From the NCBI GenBank assembly GCA_913043225.1, contig CAJWLU010000001.1:352001-416000 (forward strand): 64,000 nt of DNA. Direction: 5' to 3'. Shown here piece by piece: positions 58,718 to 64,000 of this stretch (positions are counted from its first letter, which is position 1; each line of letters opens with the position of its first letter). The position numbers and the translations under genes are program-made. The stretch is from an uncultured Acidobacteriota bacterium. GTDB taxonomy: Bacteria > Acidobacteriota > Vicinamibacteria > Vicinamibacterales > UBA8438. The notes under the pieces were generated by a model, which made no database searches, was not told the origin of the DNA, and saw nothing but the letters and a program-made list of their open reading frames with translations.

Positions 58718-59092
58718 TCAGCTCGTCTTCTTCTTCGCCACCGCGCCCTTCTTCGGTCCCTTACGGGTCCGGGCGTTTGTCTGGGTGCGCTGCCCGCGCA
58801 CCGGCAGATTCCGGCGATGACGCATGCCACGAAAGCACCCGATCTCCATCATCCGCTTGATGTTCATCGTGACCTCCTTGCGAAGGTCACCTTCGACCCG
58901 GCCCTGCTCCTCGATCACGCGCGCGATCTTGCGCACGTCATCCTCGGAGAGGTCCTTGATCCGGATGTCTGGATCAACACCGGCCTCCTGAAGAATAATC
59001 CCCGCCCGGTGGTCACCGATGCCGTAGATATAGGTCAACCCAGTTTCGATGCGCTTAGTGCGCGGAAGATCAACGCCTGCGATTCGAGCCAT
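58718..59092 (-). CDS. rpsM: 30S ribosomal protein S13
   Basis: [27 protein letters not shown]. Confidence 0.98.
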   Translation of the reverse strand: MARIAGVDLPRTKRIETGLTYIYGIGDHRAGIILQEAGVDPDIRIKDLSEDDVRKIARVIEEQGRVEGDLRKEVTMNIKRMMEIGCFRGMRHRRNLPVRGQRTQTNARTRKGPKKGAVAKKKTS

Positions 59093-59101
59093 GGTCTCGC
59101 C

Positions 59102-59215
59102 TCAGCCTTGCCGCTGTTTGTGCTTCGGATTCGAGCAAGTCACACGCACGACGCCGTGTCGTCGCACGACCTTGCATTTGTCGCAGATCCGCTTGACCGA
59201 TGTTCGTACCTTCAT
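59102..59215 (-). CDS. rpmJ: 50S ribosomal protein L36 (zinc-binding form; not in the ORF track)
   Basis: Manual translation [37 protein letters not shown]. Confidence 0.97.
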   Translation of the reverse strand: MKVRTSVKRICDKCKVVRRHGVVRVTCSNPKHKQRQG

Positions 59216-59216
59216 T

Positions 59217-59489
59217 TCAACCACCCCTCGGCGCTATCACGCCGGGCTCCGTGTCCGCCCCCGCGCGCCGGGTGATCCGCCCGCGGGTCCTGTTCCTCGC
59301 CGTCAACTCCACCGTGACCCGGTCACCAGGCAACAACCGCACGAAATTTCGTCGTGGAGACGCATCGATATGCGCAACCACTCGTCCGTTCGATTCGATG
59401 AGCCGCACAACATACAACGCATCTGGTAGCTGCTCGACAACCTCGCCCTCATGAGATCGGCCTGGCGCACTCGCCGACGTCATCATCAT
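59217..59489 (-). CDS. infA: Translation initiation factor IF-1-like protein (divergent)
   Basis: EGEVVEQLP...AHI...[11 protein letters not shown]...RGRIT.R; between map and rpmJ. Confidence 0.8.
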   Translation of the reverse strand: MMMTSASAPGRSHEGEVVEQLPDALYVVRLIESNGRVVAHIDASPRRNFVRLLPGDRVTVELTARNRTRGRITRRAGADTEPGVIAPRGG

Positions 59490-60298
59490 CCACGCGCGAC
59501 CGGTTCGATCAACGCGGACTCCTCGGTTTGAGCCGCACCCACCAATTCGGTATCGCGCCGGGTCAGCACCTCTGCCCCCGAATTCGAGACGGCCACCGTA
59601 TGCTCGAAGTGGGCGGCCAGACTGCCGTCCCTGGTCACGGCGGTCCAGCCGTCGTTCAGCACCTTGACCGCCGCTCCGCCCATCGTCACCATCGGCTCGA
59701 TGGCCAGCACCATGCCGGTCGAGAGCAACGGGCCGCGCCCCGGCTCGCCGTAGTTCGGGATCTGCGGTTCTTCGTGCAGCTCGGTGCCGATGCCATGTCC
59801 GACGAACTCGCGGACCACGGCGAACCCATGGGCTTCGACATGCCGCTGAACCGCATGCCCGATGTCAGACACGTGACCACCGTCACGAACCTGTGCAATC
59901 GCACGTTCCAGCGACTCGCGCGTCACTTCGAGTAGCTCAGCCGTCCGCGAGGGCACCGTGCCCACCGGAACGGTGAGGGCAGAGTCGCCATAGAAACCGT
60001 CCAGCACCACGCCCATATCGAGTGACACGATATCGCCCTCGTTGAGCGGCTCGTCGTTCGGGATCCCGTGTACCACGGCCTGATTGACCGAGGCACACAG
60101 CGTCGCCGGATAGCCGTGGTAGCCCTTGAAGGCCGGTACCGCACCAGCCTCCCGCACCTGCTGCTCGGCCATCACGTCGAGCTCCTGGGTGGACACGCCA
60201 GGCGCCACGACCTGCTCAAGCCGAGACAACACCGCCGACACCAGCCCATTGGCCTTCCGCATGCGACTGACCTCGACCGGTGACTTGCGCGCGATCAT
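59486..60298 (-). CDS. map: Methionine aminopeptidase type I
   Basis: VVHGIP, GDIVSLD, GHGIG..LHEEP, AIEPM, AHFEHT. Confidence 0.97.
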   Translation of the reverse strand: MIARKSPVEVSRMRKANGLVSAVLSRLEQVVAPGVSTQELDVMAEQQVREAGAVPAFKGYHGYPATLCASVNQAVVHGIPNDEPLNEGDIVSLDMGVVLDGFYGDSALTVPVGTVPSRTAELLEVTRESLERAIAQVRDGGHVSDIGHAVQRHVEAHGFAVVREFVGHGIGTELHEEPQIPNYGEPGRGPLLSTGMVLAIEPMVTMGGAAVKVLNDGWTAVTRDGSLAAHFEHTVAVSNSGAEVLTRRDTELVGAAQTEESALIEPVARG

Positions 60299-60983
60299 CG
60301 TGCATCCCCACCCGTTGCGACGCTGACCGACAGCTCACTGACAATCTCGTCGACGGCGCCATTAAGCGCTGCCCCGACCGCCTCCGGCGACTGGTTCCCG
60401 TCAAGCGCCCGGAACGTCGGACGGCTCGAGTAGTAATCGACGAGCGGTTTGGTCGCCTCGGCGTATACCCGAAGCCGCTCCCGTATGACCTCCTCGGTGT
60501 CGTCGCTCCGGAACACCAACTCGCCGCCGCATCGCTCACACGGCGGAACCTCGGCCCCAGCCGCTACGCCCGTCGCATTGCCACACTGGCCGCACACCCG
60601 TCGCAGCGCCAGCCGGGCCACAAGGGCATCGTCTGGCACGGCGATGTCCACTACCACCAGTGCGCCCTGACTGGCCATGATCTCGTCGAGCGCCGTCGCC
60701 TGCGCCACGGTGCGCGGAAATCCATCGAGTACGAACCCGCACGCGACGTCGACTCGTCCCAGACGCTCGCGCACGATGGCGATCATCAGTTGATCGTCGA
60801 CCAGACCACCCGCATCCATGGTGGCCTTGGCGCGCTGGCCAAGCTCGGTGTTCGACTGGACGGCGTCTCTAAGAATGTCACCGGTCGAGATCTTCGGGAT
60901 GCCTCGCTGCTGCGCGAACTCCACCGCTTGAGTCCCTTTGCCAGCCCCTGGGGGACCCAGCACCACAAGGTTGATCGGTGCAC

Positions 60984-60987
<4 letters not shown>
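60295..60987 (-). CDS. adk: Adenylate kinase (Zn-LID type)
   Basis: GPPGAGKGTQA, STGDILR, LDGFPRT, CGQC/CERC LID. Confidence 0.97.
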
Positions 60988-62372
<1,385 letters not shown>

Positions 62373-62389
62373 CGGGTCGCTCCCTGGGA

Positions 62390-63016
62390 CTAGGCGTCAC
62401 CGGCCGGCGGCTCGCTGTCGTCGCCGGCCCCTGCCTCACCCTGGTCCCCCTCAGCTGTCGCGTCCGGCGCCGGGGCTTCGTCAGTCACCACGGCGCTCTC
62501 GACCGTCTCTTCCGGCGACGCCTCCACCGCGGAAGTCTCGGTCGACTCGGACTCAGCCTCGGCCGCCGCTCTGGTCAACACCTCGGCCGAGCCGCCAGCC
62601 GCCTGGATCTTCTCCGCGGCGCGACCGCTGAACTTGTGTGCCTTGACGTTTAGGGCGCGATCGATCTCACCGCGCGCGAGCACCTTGATTGGCTTCCGCC
62701 GAGACCGCACGATGCCACGTTCGCACAGCACCTCCGGTGTCACGACCGCTCCCGCCTCGAACCGCTCAGCCAAGGTGTCGAGATTGACCACCGCGTACTC
62801 GACCCGGAAGGGGTTATAGAAACCACGCTTCGGGAGTCGACGGTGGAGCGGCATCTGCCCACCCTCGAACCCGCGCTTGCGCTTGAACCCTGAACGCGAC
62901 TTCTGGCCCTTGTCGCCTCGCCCCGACGTAACGCCGTTGCCGGACCCATAGCCGCGCCCCACGCGCTTCTTCGCGTGCTTGGCGCCCTTGGGCGGCTTCA
63001 GATCGCTGAGATTCAT
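62390..63016 (-). CDS. rplO: 50S ribosomal protein L15 with acidic C-terminal extension
   Basis: [34 protein letters not shown]. Confidence 0.97.
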   Translation of the reverse strand: MNLSDLKPPKGAKHAKKRVGRGYGSGNGVTSGRGDKGQKSRSGFKRKRGFEGGQMPLHRRLPKRGFYNPFRVEYAVVNLDTLAERFEAGAVVTPEVLCERGIVRSRRKPIKVLARGEIDRALNVKAHKFSGRAAEKIQAAGGSAEVLTRAAAEAESESTETSAVEASPEETVESAVVTDEAPAPDATAEGDQGEAGAGDDSEPPAGDA

Positions 63017-63021
63017 GCTCG

Positions 63022-63225
63022 TCAGCCCTCGCCGTCACTCACGCGAACCAGATGCCGGACCTTCCGGATCATGCCGCGCACCGACGGAACGTCCTTGACC
63101 TCGACGGTATGGCCGATCCGCCGGAGGCCAAGCCCCCGTACGACCTCGGCCTGCCGCTTGTCGAACCCGATCGTACTGCGCACCAGCGTTACCCTGACGC
63201 GCCCCGCCTCGGCTGTGTCTGTCAT
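63022..63225 (-). CDS. rpmD: 50S ribosomal protein L30
   Basis: VTLVRSTIG...[10 protein letters not shown]...[11 protein letters not shown]. Confidence 0.96.
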   Translation of the reverse strand: MTDTAEAGRVRVTLVRSTIGFDKRQAEVVRGLGLRRIGHTVEVKDVPSVRGMIRKVRHLVRVSDGEG

Positions 63226-63241
63226 CTCGTCACCGCCCCAG

Positions 63242-63754
63242 TCACGCCGACAGGTCTTCCACGTCGATCCCGCGTAACCGAGCCACGGTCACCGGATCCG
63301 TCAGATCGGTGAGTCCGGTAAACGTCGCTCGCACCACGTTATGTGGATTGTCAGTCCCCAGCGATTTGGTGACGATGTTCTGAATACCCGCCGACTCCAT
63401 CACCGCACGCACCGCGCCGCCAGCGATGATCCCAGTCCCTTCCGGAGCCGGCTTGAGCAGCACGCGACCAGCGCCAAAGCGACCAACGATCGTGTGCGGA
63501 ATGGTCGTCCCGGTAAGGGGCACACGCACCAGCGCCTTCTTGGCCGCCTCGATCCCCTTCTTGATGGCCGACGGCACCTCTTTAGCCTTGCCGATGCCGA
63601 AGCCAGCCACCCCATGGTTGTCTCCTACGACCACCAGCGCGCTAAAACTGAGGTTCTTGCCGCCCTTTACAACCTTGGTGACCCGGTTGATTGACACGAC
63701 CGTGTCCTTCAGGTCGAAATCGAGGGGGTCGATCTTCGCTCTCGTGTCGCTCAT
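63242..63754 (-). CDS. rpsE: 30S ribosomal protein S5
   Basis: [33 protein letters not shown]. Confidence 0.98.
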   Translation of the reverse strand: MSDTRAKIDPLDFDLKDTVVSINRVTKVVKGGKNLSFSALVVVGDNHGVAGFGIGKAKEVPSAIKKGIEAAKKALVRVPLTGTTIPHTIVGRFGAGRVLLKPAPEGTGIIAGGAVRAVMESAGIQNIVTKSLGTDNPHNVVRATFTGLTDLTDPVTVARLRGIDVEDLSA

Positions 63755-63775
63755 CTCTCGTTCATCCCGCCGGAC

Positions 63776-64000
63776 TCAGAACTTGAGCCCCGCCTCGCGC
63801 GCAGCATCCGCCACACAACGCACTCGCCCGTGATAGAGGAACCCGCTGCGGTCAAACACCACACTGGTGACGCCCTTCTCGATCGCTCGCTCCGCCACCA
63901 GCTTTCCGATCGCCTCGGCGCCCGCTTTGTTCCCACCCCTGGCTCCGTCGGCAAACGACGCCTTGGCGGAAGGTTCGACGCTCGAAGCCGCAGCCATGGT
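63776..64000 (-). CDS. rplR: 50S ribosomal protein L18 (5' part outside the window)
   Basis: [14 protein letters not shown]...[11 protein letters not shown]. Confidence 0.96.
   Translation of the reverse strand, partial: TMAAASSVEPSAKASFADGARGGNKAGAEAIGKLVAERAIEKGVTSVVFDRSGFLYHGRVRCVADAAREAGLKF

Overview
GC-rich bacterial chromosomal segment made almost entirely of core and envelope genes. The protein styles and gene neighbourhoods look like Acidobacteriota, probably Vicinamibacteria-like; this is inferred, not tested. In order: a small hsp20/rpoZ cluster (-); ymdB-xseAB-ispA-tlyA-nadK-dehydratase (+); VOC protein, hypotheticals, M24 peptidase, degP; a coupled midA-like/CYTH/murU/amgK block and asnS; rimP-nusA-infB-DUF503-rbfA-nrnA-truB-rpsO-pnp; M48 peptidase, smc, ctpA (-); tatA/B-tatC, an OmpA-family protein and a stand-alone POTRA-like ORF; proS/aroB; a Myxococcus/Geobacter-style type IV pilin locus (pilA, VKOR-DsbA fusion, pilH/pilI-like ABC, pilG-like, pilD); pyruvoyl arginine decarboxylase coupled to an outer-membrane barrel; a Yip1/adaptor/2x MacB-permease operon without an ATPase; an EF-G2 paralogue; and the distal spc/alpha ribosomal operon (-). 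I saw no rRNA, tRNA, CRISPR array or mobile element. The most notable signals are: two unannotated gene vestiges (a PilR-type HTH tail upstream of pilA and a glucan phosphorylase tail), a disulfide-forming fusion inside the pilin operon, a strongly divergent IF-1 at the canonical infA position, several apparently leaderless genes, and clear promoter/operator motifs (HAIR-like at hsp20, ECF sigma at the Yip1 operon). All family calls come from motif recognition by eye; no searches were run.
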